Counted from the stretch's first letter, positions 10,231 to 19,958 are shown. The stretch: 64,000 nucleotides of DNA from Halobacteroidaceae bacterium (GCA_003554145.1 PWFS01000001.1:1439-65438), one strand, 5' to 3'. Notes: generated by a model from the sequence alone, not told the origin. Numbers and translations: made by a program.

Positions 10231-10632
10231 ATGGGACAGGTGATCAAACTTTATTTCTTAACCCTGGCTGTCTTTTTAATTGTTGATTTAGCCTGGCTGG
10301 GGCTTGTGGCCCGGGATTTTTATCGGGAACAGCTGGGAAATTTGATGAGAGCCAATGTTAACTGGACTGCAGCCATTATTTTTTACCTTATTTTCATTGG
10401 AGGGATCCTCTTTTTTGTAGTTTACCCTGCCCTGGAAAGAGATAGTATGGTTTATGCCCTACTGGTTGGAGGTTTATTTGGATTTATTACTTATGCTACT
10501 TATGATCTAACCAATCTGGCCACACTGCAGGGCTGGCCGCTAACCATGACCCTGGTTGATCTGGCCTGGGGGACTTTCCTGGGGGCTTCCGTTTCTTTTT
10601 TGAGTTTTGTTATGGGCAAATTCCTTCTTTAA
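10231..10632 (+). CDS. DUF2177-like small integral membrane protein
   Basis: 133 aa, four hydrophobic segments, GGGAGG RBS; immediately downstream of DUF1295 gene (common pairing). Confidence 0.55.
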   Translation: MGQVIKLYFLTLAVFLIVDLAWLGLVARDFYREQLGNLMRANVNWTAAIIFYLIFIGGILFFVVYPALERDSMVYALLVGGLFGFITYATYDLTNLATLQGWPLTMTLVDLAWGTFLGASVSFLSFVMGKFLL

Positions 10633-10908
10633 AGCTATTTGGCCTGTTTCAGGGAATTTGAATATCTGGAGCAATATGATTAAGATGTATTCTGGGATAA
10701 GCCGATAGTTCAATTGGGGCGGAGCGATATGCAGGGAAAATGTGATGAGCAGTGGAGCAAAGAAGCTTTTTAATGTCTTTCCCGATTCCGGGAAAAAATA
10801 CAGGGGCAGGAAAAGGAATTTGCCGACAATGGGTTGCAAAGGACAATGCCTGCAGAGTGAGAATTATCACGGGAAAAAAGCAATAATTAATTATCCCCAT
10901 AAAAAATA

Positions 10909-10929
10909 ATCACCCTTTCGCAGGGTGAT
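10909..10929 (-). terminator. Terminator hairpin for minus-strand permease gene (ATCACCCT-ttcgc-AGGGTGAT) followed on minus strand by TATTTTTTAT
   Basis: Perfect 8-bp stem, 5-nt loop; U-run on minus strand. Confidence 0.45.
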
Positions 10930-10941
10930 AAGGCGCTGGAC

Positions 10942-10976
10942 AAACCCCGGGAATTTTTCTGGGGTTTGTTTTTTAT
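10942..10976 (+). terminator. Plus-strand terminator (AAACCCCGG...CTGGGGTTT + GTTTTTT)
   Basis: GC-rich stem with T-run; convergent with the minus-strand hairpin. Confidence 0.4.
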
Positions 10977-11006
10977 CCTGGAATTGGCCTGGGGCAGGCT
11001 GAGAAA

Positions 11007-12383
11007 CTAAAAATCCTCCTCCCGAATCCGGGCCAGCTGCAAAAGGCTGCGCCCCTGCTGGCGCAGGGAGTTTTCCCGCACCTGAAAATAAATCAGGCCA
11101 GCAATTATCCACAGGAGGAATAGAAGGCTGAAAATAACTCCCAGGGGTTGTGAATACAGATCTACCAGCAGGATAATAATTATTATTAATGCCAGCAGTA
11201 GACCAATTCCTGCAGAAAAATAAAGCCAGAAAATTGGAAGGCGGAAGGAACTGCTGGCAAAAGCCCGGGGAGCTCGCCTGGGAAGAACAACTGCTGCGCC
11301 AATTAAAGGTAAGAAAATAATAATTCCTCCCAGGGAGCCAAGAATAGTAAAGGTTTCCAGGAATTCTTCCCCCAGAACGATAATGGCCAGACTCGAGGCC
11401 AGATATATGATGGTCAGAAACCAGTGGGGAGTACCAAAGCGCCTGTTTACCGCCAGGAGAGATGAAGGGAAAAAACCGTCGGCAGTCATTACCAGGAGTG
11501 ATTTGGTGCCCCACATAAAACTGGCATTAAGGGTAGTAGTTATTGCAACCACTCCTCCCGCAAAAACAAAAAAGTTCAGGCCGCCCCGGCCCATAAAAAT
11601 TTCTGCGGAGGCAGTAAGGGGCTGTCCGGCACTGATTTCCCAGGGTACAGCCCCTGCAGCAACAAATACTACCAGGAGGTAAAAAACAGTAACCAGGGGA
11701 ATGGAAAACAAAAAGGCCCGGGGAATGTTCTGCCGGGGATTTTTTATCTCTCCTCCCAGTTCAACGATGGCATTGGCTCCCATGTAGGTAAAGGTTAAAA
11801 TGCTGGTGGCCAGGGCCAGTCCGTAATACCCCTGGGGCATAAAAGGTTCAAAATTATCCAGGCTGACCGTGGGAAACCCAGACCAGGTAAAATAGAAAAG
11901 AGAACTTATTAAGAGCAAAACCAGCCCCCCCTGAATAGCGGTAGCCAGGGATAACCCCAGGATATTAATCAAAAAAATCCCGGTTAAAATGGCCAGGGCT
12001 ACGGGAACGGTGGGCCAGTCAAAAATGGCCTGCAGGTAGCGGGCAGCGCTGAGGGCATAAAGGGGAAAAGCCCCTAAAAGAGCCCCTGCTATGTAGACCC
12101 ATATTCCCAGGAAGGCAGCCCTGGGGGAAAAAAGGCGGCTGGAATAACGGTAATTGCCTCCGGTTACCGGCAGGGATGCTCCCAGCATGGCCAGGAGGAG
12201 CATCAAAAAGGCGATTGGAATTACAGCCAGGGCATAGGCCAGGATTACTGAAGGGCCGGTAAATTCAATCGCCATTCCGGTTAGAACAAAAATACCGGCT
12301 CCAATTGTTTGCCCCACGGCAATGGCAATTAGGCCAGGTAAACCAAGAGTTCTTTTCAGACCAAATTCACTCTTTGAGGACAT
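11007..12383 (-). CDS. APC-superfamily amino acid permease
   Basis: 458 aa, about 12 TM segments, N-terminal GLPGLIAIAVGQTIGAGIF consensus of amino-acid permeases. Confidence 0.8.
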   Translation of the reverse strand: MSSKSEFGLKRTLGLPGLIAIAVGQTIGAGIFVLTGMAIEFTGPSVILAYALAVIPIAFLMLLLAMLGASLPVTGGNYRYSSRLFSPRAAFLGIWVYIAGALLGAFPLYALSAARYLQAIFDWPTVPVALAILTGIFLINILGLSLATAIQGGLVLLLISSLFYFTWSGFPTVSLDNFEPFMPQGYYGLALATSILTFTYMGANAIVELGGEIKNPRQNIPRAFLFSIPLVTVFYLLVVFVAAGAVPWEISAGQPLTASAEIFMGRGGLNFFVFAGGVVAITTTLNASFMWGTKSLLVMTADGFFPSSLLAVNRRFGTPHWFLTIIYLASSLAIIVLGEEFLETFTILGSLGGIIIFLPLIGAAVVLPRRAPRAFASSSFRLPIFWLYFSAGIGLLLALIIIIILLVDLYSQPLGVIFSLLFLLWIIAGLIYFQVRENSLRQQGRSLLQLARIREEDF

Positions 12384-12420
12384 GGAAGGCCTCTTTCTGG
12401 GAAGTAATTATAATAATATT

Positions 12421-12449
12421 ATAATACAATAACGGCCCGAAACAGTCAA
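12421..12449 (-). promoter_or_regulatory. Candidate sigma70 promoter for permease (TTGACT -17- TATTAT on minus strand)
   Basis: Reverse complement reads TTGACTgtttcgggccgttattgTATTAT; about 30 nt upstream of start codon at 12383. Confidence 0.4.
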
Positions 12450-12454
12450 AACAT

Positions 12455-13717
12455 TTAAAGGCGGCGGCGGGCGGCCCGGGCATGACCGGCCAGCCCTTCC
12501 CAATCAGCCAGGGTAGCTGCCGCCGGGCCAATCTGGCGCAAACCTGTTGCAGTAATCTCCAGGGTAGTGGGTAATTTGACAAAATCCAGGACATTAAGCC
12601 CTCCTGCATAACGGGCGGTGGTATTGGTGGGCAGGGTGTGATTTAAACCGCTGGTATAATCTCCAAAAACTTCGCAGGTTTGCTGACCCAGGAATAGCGA
12701 GCCAAAATTGAGGAGTTTTTCCTGGAAATAATCCTGATTTTGAACCTGCAGTTCCAGGTGTTCCGGTGCCTTTTTGTTGGCAATTTCTATTGCCTGCTCA
12801 TTATTTTCCACCAGGATTATAGCTCCGTTGCGATCCAGGCTCTGCCTGGCGATTGCCCCAGTGGGGAGATCCTGCAACTGTTTATTAACATTTTCCTTCA
12901 CTTTTTTGGCCAGGGCAGAGGAGGTAGTAATAAGGACAGCGATTGCTGCCGGGTCATGTTCGGCCTGGGCCAGGAGATCAGCGGCAATTAATTCCGGATC
13001 ACCGCTCTGGTCGGCAATAATCATAACTTCAGTGGGCCCCGCCAGGAGATCAATCCCCACCCTTCCCAGTACAATCTTTTTGGCCTGAGTTACATAGCTA
13101 TTTCCAGGTCCAACAATTTTATCCACCTGGGGTACTGTTTCCGTGCCGTAGGCCAGGGCTCCAATGGCCTGAACTCCGCCCAGGCGGTATATTTCCTGGA
13201 TACCGATTAAATCTGCAGCCGCAAGGATCGCGGGGTTAATATCTCCGGAGAAAGAAGGGGGTGAGGAAATAATGATTTTTTCAGCTCCAGCCACCTGGGC
13301 TGGGACTGCCCCCATCAGCAGGGAAGAAATAAGGGGGAAAGAACCCCCGGGGACATAGACCCCCACCCGGGAAATGGGAATGACCCGCTGCCCAGCTTTG
13401 ACCCCGGGCGTAATTTCGATCTCAAAATCCTGTATTTGTCCTAACTGTCTGCGGGCAAAAATTCGAATATTATCCGCTGCCAGCCTGCAGGCCTCGAGAA
13501 AATCGGGATCGGCCTGCTCCCGGGATTCTTTGATGGTCTGGAGGGGAACTTTCAGGGCAGCAGGACGAACTCCGTCGAATTCTTCAGTATAATCCAGAAG
13601 GGCCTGATCTCCCTTCAACTGCACCTGATCCAGAATTTCTTTTACCGTGGCTGCATCACCCTCCTCCTGATAGGAAAAAAAGGAGGGTTCAAGGTCTTTA
13701 CCGGTAATAATTTTCAT
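12455..13717 (-). CDS. hisD: Histidinol dehydrogenase
   Basis: MKIITGKDL... start; conserved HisD segments (GVYVPGG, AGPTEVMIIAD, AEHDPAA, NHTLPT); ORF extends 14 codons upstream to 13759. Confidence 0.9.
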   Translation of the reverse strand: MKIITGKDLEPSFFSYQEEGDAATVKEILDQVQLKGDQALLDYTEEFDGVRPAALKVPLQTIKESREQADPDFLEACRLAADNIRIFARRQLGQIQDFEIEITPGVKAGQRVIPISRVGVYVPGGSFPLISSLLMGAVPAQVAGAEKIIISSPPSFSGDINPAILAAADLIGIQEIYRLGGVQAIGALAYGTETVPQVDKIVGPGNSYVTQAKKIVLGRVGIDLLAGPTEVMIIADQSGDPELIAADLLAQAEHDPAAIAVLITTSSALAKKVKENVNKQLQDLPTGAIARQSLDRNGAIILVENNEQAIEIANKKAPEHLELQVQNQDYFQEKLLNFGSLFLGQQTCEVFGDYTSGLNHTLPTNTTARYAGGLNVLDFVKLPTTLEITATGLRQIGPAAATLADWEGLAGHARAARRRL

Positions 13718-14958
13718 TTTCTGTGCCTCCTTTTGAGTTCGGTCAGGACTTCCATCCAATCCACATCCTCCTGGGATAAAAGCACCAGCAGGTGGTATAG
13801 TAGATCAGCTGCCTCCCAGGTCAGGTTATCCCGATCGTCAGCCATTATTACTTCTTCACTTTCCTCCCTGATTTTTTCTCGCACTCCGGGTCCATCAAGG
13901 CTGGCGGTATAGGATTGGGGAGGAGCATTCTCCAGCCGGCTTTGGATAATATCCTGGAGGAGGGAGGGAGAGAAAGTGCGGGAACCGAAGCAGGAATATT
14001 TCTCCTGATGACAGGCTGTTCCTGATTGATCAACTGTAGCCAGTAGCGCATCACCATCGCAATCGGAACGCAGCGAAATTAACTCCTGAAAGTGCCCGGA
14101 GGTTTCTCCCTTGGTCCATAACTCCTGGCGGGAGCGGGAAAAATAGCACATTTTATTGGTCTTCAGGGTTTGAAGTAAGGATTCCCGACTGGAATAGGCC
14201 AGCATTAAAACCTGGCCATGACGATCCCTGCTTATAGTGGGAATTAAGCCCTGGTCCCAGTTAAGGGTGGCAATAAAGGCTTCTTCCAGGGATATTTTGC
14301 CCGAATAAAGGGCCATTCCCAGCTGGATTTTGATTTCCATGCGGGAGAGTTTTTGGATTTGCTCCAGGCTGGAAATACCTCCTGCTGCAGTAATTCTGCC
14401 GGGGGCCAGAACAGTAGCCCTGTTAAATAAGTCCATATCTGTTCCAGTCATGGTGCCCTCCCGGTCAATGCAGGTGACCAGAAATTCTGCTGCATATTCT
14501 TTTAATTGGGGCAGAACCTGCTCCAGGGTCATTCCCGTGCTCCGGGTCCAGCCGTGGGTTTGAACTTTCCCTTCTCGCACATCAAGGGCAATAACAATCT
14601 GTTCGGGTGCAAGGATTTTTCTTAAATCGTTCAAAAACTCTTTATTAATTCCTCCGGCTGAGAAAGCCCTGGTGCCAATGATTATTTTTTCGGCTCCCAT
14701 TTTGATTAGTTCCCGGGCTCGTTCGGGGGTCCTGATGCCGCCCCCTGCTCTGCAGTGGGCCAGTGGAAAAATCTGGGCCAGAAGCTCATTATTCTGACCC
14801 TGATCCAGGGCTGCATCCAGGTCTATTACTGCAACTTCTCCCACACGATTAAAATCCCGGGCCAGCTGCAGGGGGTTGTCGTGTTCCAGGATCTTCTCCC
14901 GGCCCTGACGCAATTGAACTGCCCGGCCATCCATCAGGTCAATAGAAGGGATCAGCAT
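13714..14958 (-). CDS. hisA-hisIE: Apparent trifunctional fusion: HisA (ProFAR isomerase) + HisI (PR-AMP cyclohydrolase) + HisE (PR-ATP pyrophosphatase)
   Basis: N-terminal MLIPSIDLMDGRAVQL...GGGIR (HisA barrel, ~235 aa), then without stop WDQGLIPTISRDRHGQVLMLAY...CHQEKYSCF (HisI), then ...YTASLDGPGVREKIREESEEV...AADLLYHLLVLL (HisE). Confidence 0.8.
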   Translation of the reverse strand: MLIPSIDLMDGRAVQLRQGREKILEHDNPLQLARDFNRVGEVAVIDLDAALDQGQNNELLAQIFPLAHCRAGGGIRTPERARELIKMGAEKIIIGTRAFSAGGINKEFLNDLRKILAPEQIVIALDVREGKVQTHGWTRSTGMTLEQVLPQLKEYAAEFLVTCIDREGTMTGTDMDLFNRATVLAPGRITAAGGISSLEQIQKLSRMEIKIQLGMALYSGKISLEEAFIATLNWDQGLIPTISRDRHGQVLMLAYSSRESLLQTLKTNKMCYFSRSRQELWTKGETSGHFQELISLRSDCDGDALLATVDQSGTACHQEKYSCFGSRTFSPSLLQDIIQSRLENAPPQSYTASLDGPGVREKIREESEEVIMADDRDNLTWEAADLLYHLLVLLSQEDVDWMEVLTELKRRHRK

Positions 14959-15707
14959 CGAACCGGCACCCCCCGGGCGGCGAGGAATTCTTTAATGGCC
15001 GGGATTGACGTATCTCCAAAATGAAGGAGGGAAGCTATCAGGACCGCGTCCGCTTTTCCGATTTCAATACCCCGGGCCAGGTGTTCCAGACTTCCTGCTC
15101 CCCCGGAAGCAATAACGGGGATGTTGACTGCTTCGGACATTTTTTGCAATAATTCCAGATCATAACCTTCTCGGGTTCCATCGCGATCAATGGAGTTTAA
15201 AAGGATCTCTCCTGCTCCCAGGGCTTCCCCTTTTCGGGCCCATTCAACGGCTTTTTCCTGGGTTGGAGTTCTTCCTCCATGACTGTAAGCGTACCAGGAA
15301 TCGTCGCAAAAAGCTGCATCAATACTCAGAACAATGCACTGGGACCCAAAAAGAGTTGCTCCCCGGGTTAAGAGTTCAGGATCGGCAAGGGCGGCAGTGC
15401 ATACAGCAACCTTATCGGCCCCTGCTTCAAGAGCCCGGCGCATATCTTCCACCGATCGAATTCCTCCTCCTACAGTCAGGGGGATAAAAATCTCCCGGGC
15501 CACTTTCTGCACCAGTTCCAAAACGGTCTGTTCTTCCCGGGGTGAAGCCCCAATATCCAGGAAAGTTAATTCATCGGCTCCTTCTTGATAATAATGCCTG
15601 GCCATTTCCACCGGATCGCCGGCTGGTCTTAATTCCTGAAACCGGGTGCCTTTAACCACCCGGTCCCGATCAACGTCCAGGCAGGGAATTATTCTTCTGG
15701 TTAACAT
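14952..15707 (-). CDS. hisF: Imidazole glycerol phosphate synthase cyclase subunit
   Basis: MLTRRIIPCLDV..., GADKV, conserved HisF motifs; ORF could start 5 codons earlier (15722). Confidence 0.9.
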   Translation of the reverse strand: MLTRRIIPCLDVDRDRVVKGTRFQELRPAGDPVEMARHYYQEGADELTFLDIGASPREEQTVLELVQKVAREIFIPLTVGGGIRSVEDMRRALEAGADKVAVCTAALADPELLTRGATLFGSQCIVLSIDAAFCDDSWYAYSHGGRTPTQEKAVEWARKGEALGAGEILLNSIDRDGTREGYDLELLQKMSEAVNIPVIASGGAGSLEHLARGIEIGKADAVLIASLLHFGDTSIPAIKEFLAARGVPVRC

Positions 15708-16326
15708 TGCTACCACCTGCACCTTCTAACCAATTATTTAATAGTTTTAGCCCCAGAGGACCGCTTTTTTCAGGATGAAATTGAACTCCCCAGATATTAC
15801 CGGATTGGATTACGGTGGGGTAGGAAATATCTCCATAGGCAGTCAACCCCAGGACCCAGTCAGCTCGATTTTTTTCCGGGGGAATATAATAACTATGCAG
15901 AAAGTAGAAAAACTGGGGATTGTCAGGTTCTGGAGTCAGAGGACATGCCTTTTGCCACCAGACCTGATTCCAGCCGATCTGGGGAACTCGCCGGACCTGG
16001 AAACGTTGTAGCAGTCCCGGGAAATAATCAAACCCCGGGATGTCGGGGGATTCCCTGCTTCCCGAAAACAGGAGCTGTAAGCCCAGGCAAATTCCCAGAT
16101 AAGGGCGGTTGTTGCCCAGCCAGGTCTGAATTGGGGAAAAGAGCTGCCTCGATTTTAGGGCCTGAATTGCTGCTCCAAAACTACCCACTCCCGGCAGAAT
16201 TAAACGGTCAACTTGCTTCAGTTGTTCGGGCCGGTTAATCAGCACCGGTTTTTCCTGCAAAAAGCGGAGAGCATTCAGGACTGAATGAAGATTTCCTGCT
16301 TCATAGTTCACCACCCCGGTTTTCAT
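15670..16326 (-). CDS. hisH: Imidazole glycerol phosphate synthase glutamine amidotransferase subunit
   Basis: MKTGVVNYEAGNLHSV..., GICLGLQLLF (catalytic Cys), QFHPEKS. Confidence 0.85.
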   Translation of the reverse strand: MKTGVVNYEAGNLHSVLNALRFLQEKPVLINRPEQLKQVDRLILPGVGSFGAAIQALKSRQLFSPIQTWLGNNRPYLGICLGLQLLFSGSRESPDIPGFDYFPGLLQRFQVRRVPQIGWNQVWWQKACPLTPEPDNPQFFYFLHSYYIPPEKNRADWVLGLTAYGDISYPTVIQSGNIWGVQFHPEKSGPLGLKLLNNWLEGAGGSNVNQKNNSLPGR

Positions 16327-16328
16327 AT

Positions 16329-16910
16329 CTAAAGGACCCCCTTGGTACTGGGAAGATGCGATTTACCGGTTAAACTGCTGGCTGCCTGCAGGGCCCGGGC
16401 AAAAGCTTTAAAGAGGGCTTCAATCTGATGGTGGTCGCTGCGTCCATACAGGATTCGCAGGTGAATTGCAGCCTGGAGGGAGCGGGACAGGCCTCCAAAA
16501 AAATCAAATATCAGATCGCAGGGAAAATCTCCAACCTGTTCTCCCCGGGGAGAAAAGTCACAGTGGAAATATGATCGTCCGGAGAGATCTACTGCGGCCA
16601 TGGCCAGGGTTTCGTCCATGGGAAAAAAGAAAAAACCTGCTCGCTGTATGCCCTTTTTATTTCCCAGCGCCTTTTGCAAGGCTTCTCCCAGGGCAATTCC
16701 CGTATCCTCTACCAGGTGATGGGGATCAACATGGAGGTCTCCCTGGAGAGAAGCTTCCAGGTTCAGACTGCCGTGACAGGCCAGGCATTCCAGCATATGG
16801 CTAAAAAAGCCCAGTTCACAATCTATATTGCTCTGCCCGGAACCATCCAGGGTGACTTTAATTTTAATCTCTGTTTCCCTGGTCTTTCTGCTTACAATTC
16901 CCGATCGCAT
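16329..16910 (-). CDS. hisB: Imidazoleglycerol-phosphate dehydratase
   Basis: RKTRETEIKIKVTLDGSG, DPHHLVEDTGIALG, HHQIEALFKAFARAL typical IGPD. Confidence 0.9.
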   Translation of the reverse strand: MRSGIVSRKTRETEIKIKVTLDGSGQSNIDCELGFFSHMLECLACHGSLNLEASLQGDLHVDPHHLVEDTGIALGEALQKALGNKKGIQRAGFFFFPMDETLAMAAVDLSGRSYFHCDFSPRGEQVGDFPCDLIFDFFGGLSRSLQAAIHLRILYGRSDHHQIEALFKAFARALQAASSLTGKSHLPSTKGVL

Positions 16911-18625
16911 TCTAAAACCTCCTCCAGTTCCATAATACTCTCTATTATTCTGTGGGCTCCTGCTTTTTGCAGGGCTTCCCGATCGGAAAGGGTATTTCCC
17001 GGGGGCATAAAACCCAGGGGAATTAAACCTGCTCTGCGGGCCGCCTCCATATCATCGGGAGTATCCCCGATATAATAACCGCGGGAACTCCCCATTTTTT
17101 CCAGGGCCAGCTCCAGTCCTGCCGGGTCAGGCTTGCCCTTTTCGGGGGGCAGATCATCCATGGTGATTATCGGGGAGAAAAAATCTTTTAATCCCAGGTG
17201 CTCCAGGGTAAAAAAAGCTTCGGACCGGGGCCTACCTGTAACAATACCAAGTTTAAATTTCCGGCTTAACTTCCCCAATAATTCGCGATTAATAAGGGGT
17301 TTTTCTTTTTGAATTAAACCATTCCAGTCCTGGCCCAGGTAAAACTCCTGGAATTTTTCAATAATCCGGGAGCGGGGAATATCAATTTTTCTCCTTTCAA
17401 GCAGGGCTGCCGTTAGATCCCAGTCATTATTAAAACCCCCCGCCCTTTTCGCTGCAGCAATTTCCTCCTGATCCGGTCTCTGTCCGCTGAAAAACTTAAC
17501 TGTGGCAGCAATGGCCTCTCGGTAAGAAGAACGGACATCGACCAGGACCCCGTCCAGATCAAATAGCAGGACTGATGGAGAGAGAACCTTCTCCAGGGCC
17601 TGTAACAACTGTTCATGGTCCTTCCGGGTGCCAATGCTGATCCGCAGGTACTCCTCCAGAGGAGGATAATTTTCCAGGGAGCGGACCCGTATATTTTCCC
17701 GGGCCAGGGCCTTTTGTACTGCGGCAGCCCCGGGTCCCACTTTAATCAGGATAAAATTGGTAGCGGTAGTACGGGTCTCAATATGCAGACGAGCCAGGGC
17801 TTTTTGTAAAAAGACTTTTTCCTGTTCCACGAACTCTTTTTCTTTTTCAATAAATTCCTGATCAGAGAGAGCCGCCCGGGCGGCAACAACTGCTGGACCA
17901 CTGAGGGGGTAGGGAGGATTAATCAGGTGCAGTTTTTCAATTATGCTGGTCGACCCAATTATATAGCCCAGGCGCAAACCGGCCAGACCGTAGGCCTTGG
18001 AAAAAGTTCGAATCAGGATCAGATTGGGAAACTCTTCCAGCAGAGGGACTGCTGAAACTCCAGAATAGTGGTGGTAGGTTTCATCAATAATAACCGGGGT
18101 TTGGGGGAAATTCTGCAGGATCCGGGTAATGGTTTCCAGGGTGATTATTTCCCCGGTAGGGCTGGCGGGATTAACCAGGATAAGGGCTGCGGGGGGTTCA
18201 GTTGATTGGGCCAATACCTGATCCAGGGGAAAGGTTAGGTCCGGCCCATACTTAATTTCTCCAGGCCGGGCCTGCCGCAGGTTTAAAAAGAGGCGGTACA
18301 TGGAATAGGTGGGGGGGGTCAGGACCACATCCTTATTTTTTTCTACCAGTGCCTCCAGAATAACCCGGATGGCTTCATCCCCGCCACAGGTTAAAATGAG
18401 ATTCTCGGGCCTGACTCCCACCTCATTAGCCAGTTCAAGATAAAGTTCATGATAATCAGGATAGGCAAATAGGGTTTCGGGTTCTAAACGGGAGAGCTCT
18501 TCCTTTACCCGGGGTGAAGGACCCCGAGGATTTTCATTCATATCCAGGCAGATCTGTTTAGAACGGGGAGTGGTGGAAACGGGGTAAGGGGATAAATTTT
18601 CCAGGGCAGTTCTTACTCGGATCAT
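16892..18625 (-). CDS. hisC: Histidinol-phosphate aminotransferase fused to C-terminal HAD-IA phosphatase domain (putative bifunctional HisC / histidinol-phosphatase)
   Basis: N-terminal class-II aminotransferase with YPDY, SKAYGLAGLRLGY (PLP-Lys); after ~350 aa continues in frame into FDLDGVLVD (DxDG motif I), GIVTGRP (motif II), K...GDTPDDMEAARRAG (motifs III/IV). Confidence 0.8.
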   Translation of the reverse strand: MIRVRTALENLSPYPVSTTPRSKQICLDMNENPRGPSPRVKEELSRLEPETLFAYPDYHELYLELANEVGVRPENLILTCGGDEAIRVILEALVEKNKDVVLTPPTYSMYRLFLNLRQARPGEIKYGPDLTFPLDQVLAQSTEPPAALILVNPASPTGEIITLETITRILQNFPQTPVIIDETYHHYSGVSAVPLLEEFPNLILIRTFSKAYGLAGLRLGYIIGSTSIIEKLHLINPPYPLSGPAVVAARAALSDQEFIEKEKEFVEQEKVFLQKALARLHIETRTTATNFILIKVGPGAAAVQKALARENIRVRSLENYPPLEEYLRISIGTRKDHEQLLQALEKVLSPSVLLFDLDGVLVDVRSSYREAIAATVKFFSGQRPDQEEIAAAKRAGGFNNDWDLTAALLERRKIDIPRSRIIEKFQEFYLGQDWNGLIQKEKPLINRELLGKLSRKFKLGIVTGRPRSEAFFTLEHLGLKDFFSPIITMDDLPPEKGKPDPAGLELALEKMGSSRGYYIGDTPDDMEAARRAGLIPLGFMPPGNTLSDREALQKAGAHRIIESIMELEEVLECDREL

Positions 18626-18626
18626 T

Positions 18627-19490
18627 TCAAATAACAACCTTTCGAAGTTCATATTCCAGGATATCCGTTGCTCCAAACTTTTTTAGTATTGGAATAATAC
18701 GGGCAGCTTCATCCCTGGGAACTGCAGCTTTTACCGCAAACCCCTCCTCCCGATGGAGGGTGGAAACAGTAGGAGAGCGCATACAGGGTAGAATTTTGAC
18801 TACTGTTTCCAGTTGCTCGCGGGGGACATTCATTTCCAGCATTACCCGGGTGCGGGCGTCCAGGATGGACTGAAAAAGGAGCTTTAGCTCTTCAATTTTT
18901 TCTTTTTTCCAGGGATCCTCCAGGGCCTGGGGGTTGGCGATAAACCTGGTAGACGAATTCAGGAGGGTAGATACAATTGACAGGTGATTTTCCTTAAGAG
19001 TCTGACCGGTGGAGGTGTTATCAATTATCATATCTGCATCTTCGGGTGGGAAAACTTCGGTGGCTCCATAGGTTCGGATCAAAACATAGTCAAAACCCTG
19101 TTCCTGCAGGAATTTTTCTGCCAGTAGTTGATACTCTGAAGCGACAACAATTCTTTTCTTTTTTAGTTCTGTCAGGGAAGAATTATAGGGGATCGCCGCT
19201 ACTATTTGCACTGGATTAAAACCCAGATTGAGTACTTCTTTTACGCCTGCTTCTGTTTCCAGGATCCAGTCCAAACCGGTGAATCCAGCATCATGACTCC
19301 CCAGTTCCACCAGAGAGGGAATATTCTGGGGTTTCATAATTTTCACCTCAATGGAACTGTCGCTGACAAAAGGACGATAACCCCGGGTTGAAAGGTTGAT
19401 CTCAATTCCAGCCTCCTCCAGCAAACGAACGACATTGTCAAAAATTCTTCCCTTGGGCAACATCAGGCGGAGCAGTGACATGGTTAACAC
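18627..19490 (-). CDS. hisG: ATP phosphoribosyltransferase, long form with C-terminal regulatory domain
   Basis: LRLMLPKGR, DAGFTGLD, IIDNTSTGQTL; about 285 aa. Confidence 0.85.
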   Translation of the reverse strand: MLTMSLLRLMLPKGRIFDNVVRLLEEAGIEINLSTRGYRPFVSDSSIEVKIMKPQNIPSLVELGSHDAGFTGLDWILETEAGVKEVLNLGFNPVQIVAAIPYNSSLTELKKKRIVVASEYQLLAEKFLQEQGFDYVLIRTYGATEVFPPEDADMIIDNTSTGQTLKENHLSIVSTLLNSSTRFIANPQALEDPWKKEKIEELKLLFQSILDARTRVMLEMNVPREQLETVVKILPCMRSPTVSTLHREEGFAVKAAVPRDEAARIIPILKKFGATDILEYELRKVVI

Positions 19491-19540
19491 CTCTTTTACT
19501 TCGCTAATTGGGTAGAGAAATAAAGGATAATACAGGACTT

Positions 19541-19575
19541 ATTATAACAAAAGTTGGAGGCAATTAAAACCCCCT
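19541..19575 (-). promoter_or_regulatory. Candidate his-operon promoter (extended -10 TGTTATAAT on minus strand)
   Basis: Reverse complement reads ...ttttgTTATAAT about 50 nt upstream of hisG start; weak -35. Confidence 0.3.
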
Positions 19576-19958
19576 TTTTTTGGTTTTACAAAAAAAATGT
19601 TAAATAGAGAGGAGGCAGGGTATCCTTCTGGTTTATTCCACAGAGAAAATACGGAAGAAAAAATGCTCTATGGGGGTTTCAGTTTCCCGAGATCACTATA
19701 TAGCTCCAGGTTAATTGGGTGCGGAACCGAAGCAGGGAAAATAATGCCTTTGCTGCAAACATGGAACCCGGATCTCCATAAATCAGAGTTTAAAAGGGAG
19801 AGGAACTGAATAACGGGCCCCTGGTGGAAAAACGGGGAAGAGGCTCACGGGGTAATAATAAAGAGGAAAAAATGGTTTAATGGGGTTTGGAAAAGGTTCA
19901 GGGCTCTTTATCAGGGGAATTATGCCTGGATAGGGGAAAAAAGAAAACTTTTATCCTG

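Noticed and set aside
10891-11514. 207-aa ORF on minus strand overlapping the 3' part of the amino-acid permease gene
   Set aside because: It lies inside the well-supported permease CDS in another frame. It has low-complexity Gly/Ser/Pro-rich composition and no RBS, so it is spurious.
19700-19760. Sequence AATTGGGTGCGGAACCGAAG, superficially like the T-box motif AATTAGGGTGGTACCGCG, in the region between the his operon and the NMO gene
   Set aside because: It is on the plus strand whereas the his operon is minus-strand. The match is imperfect. No terminator/antiterminator pair or downstream U-run is present. The downstream plus-strand gene (nitronate monooxygenase) has its own promoter further downstream and is not a typical T-box target.
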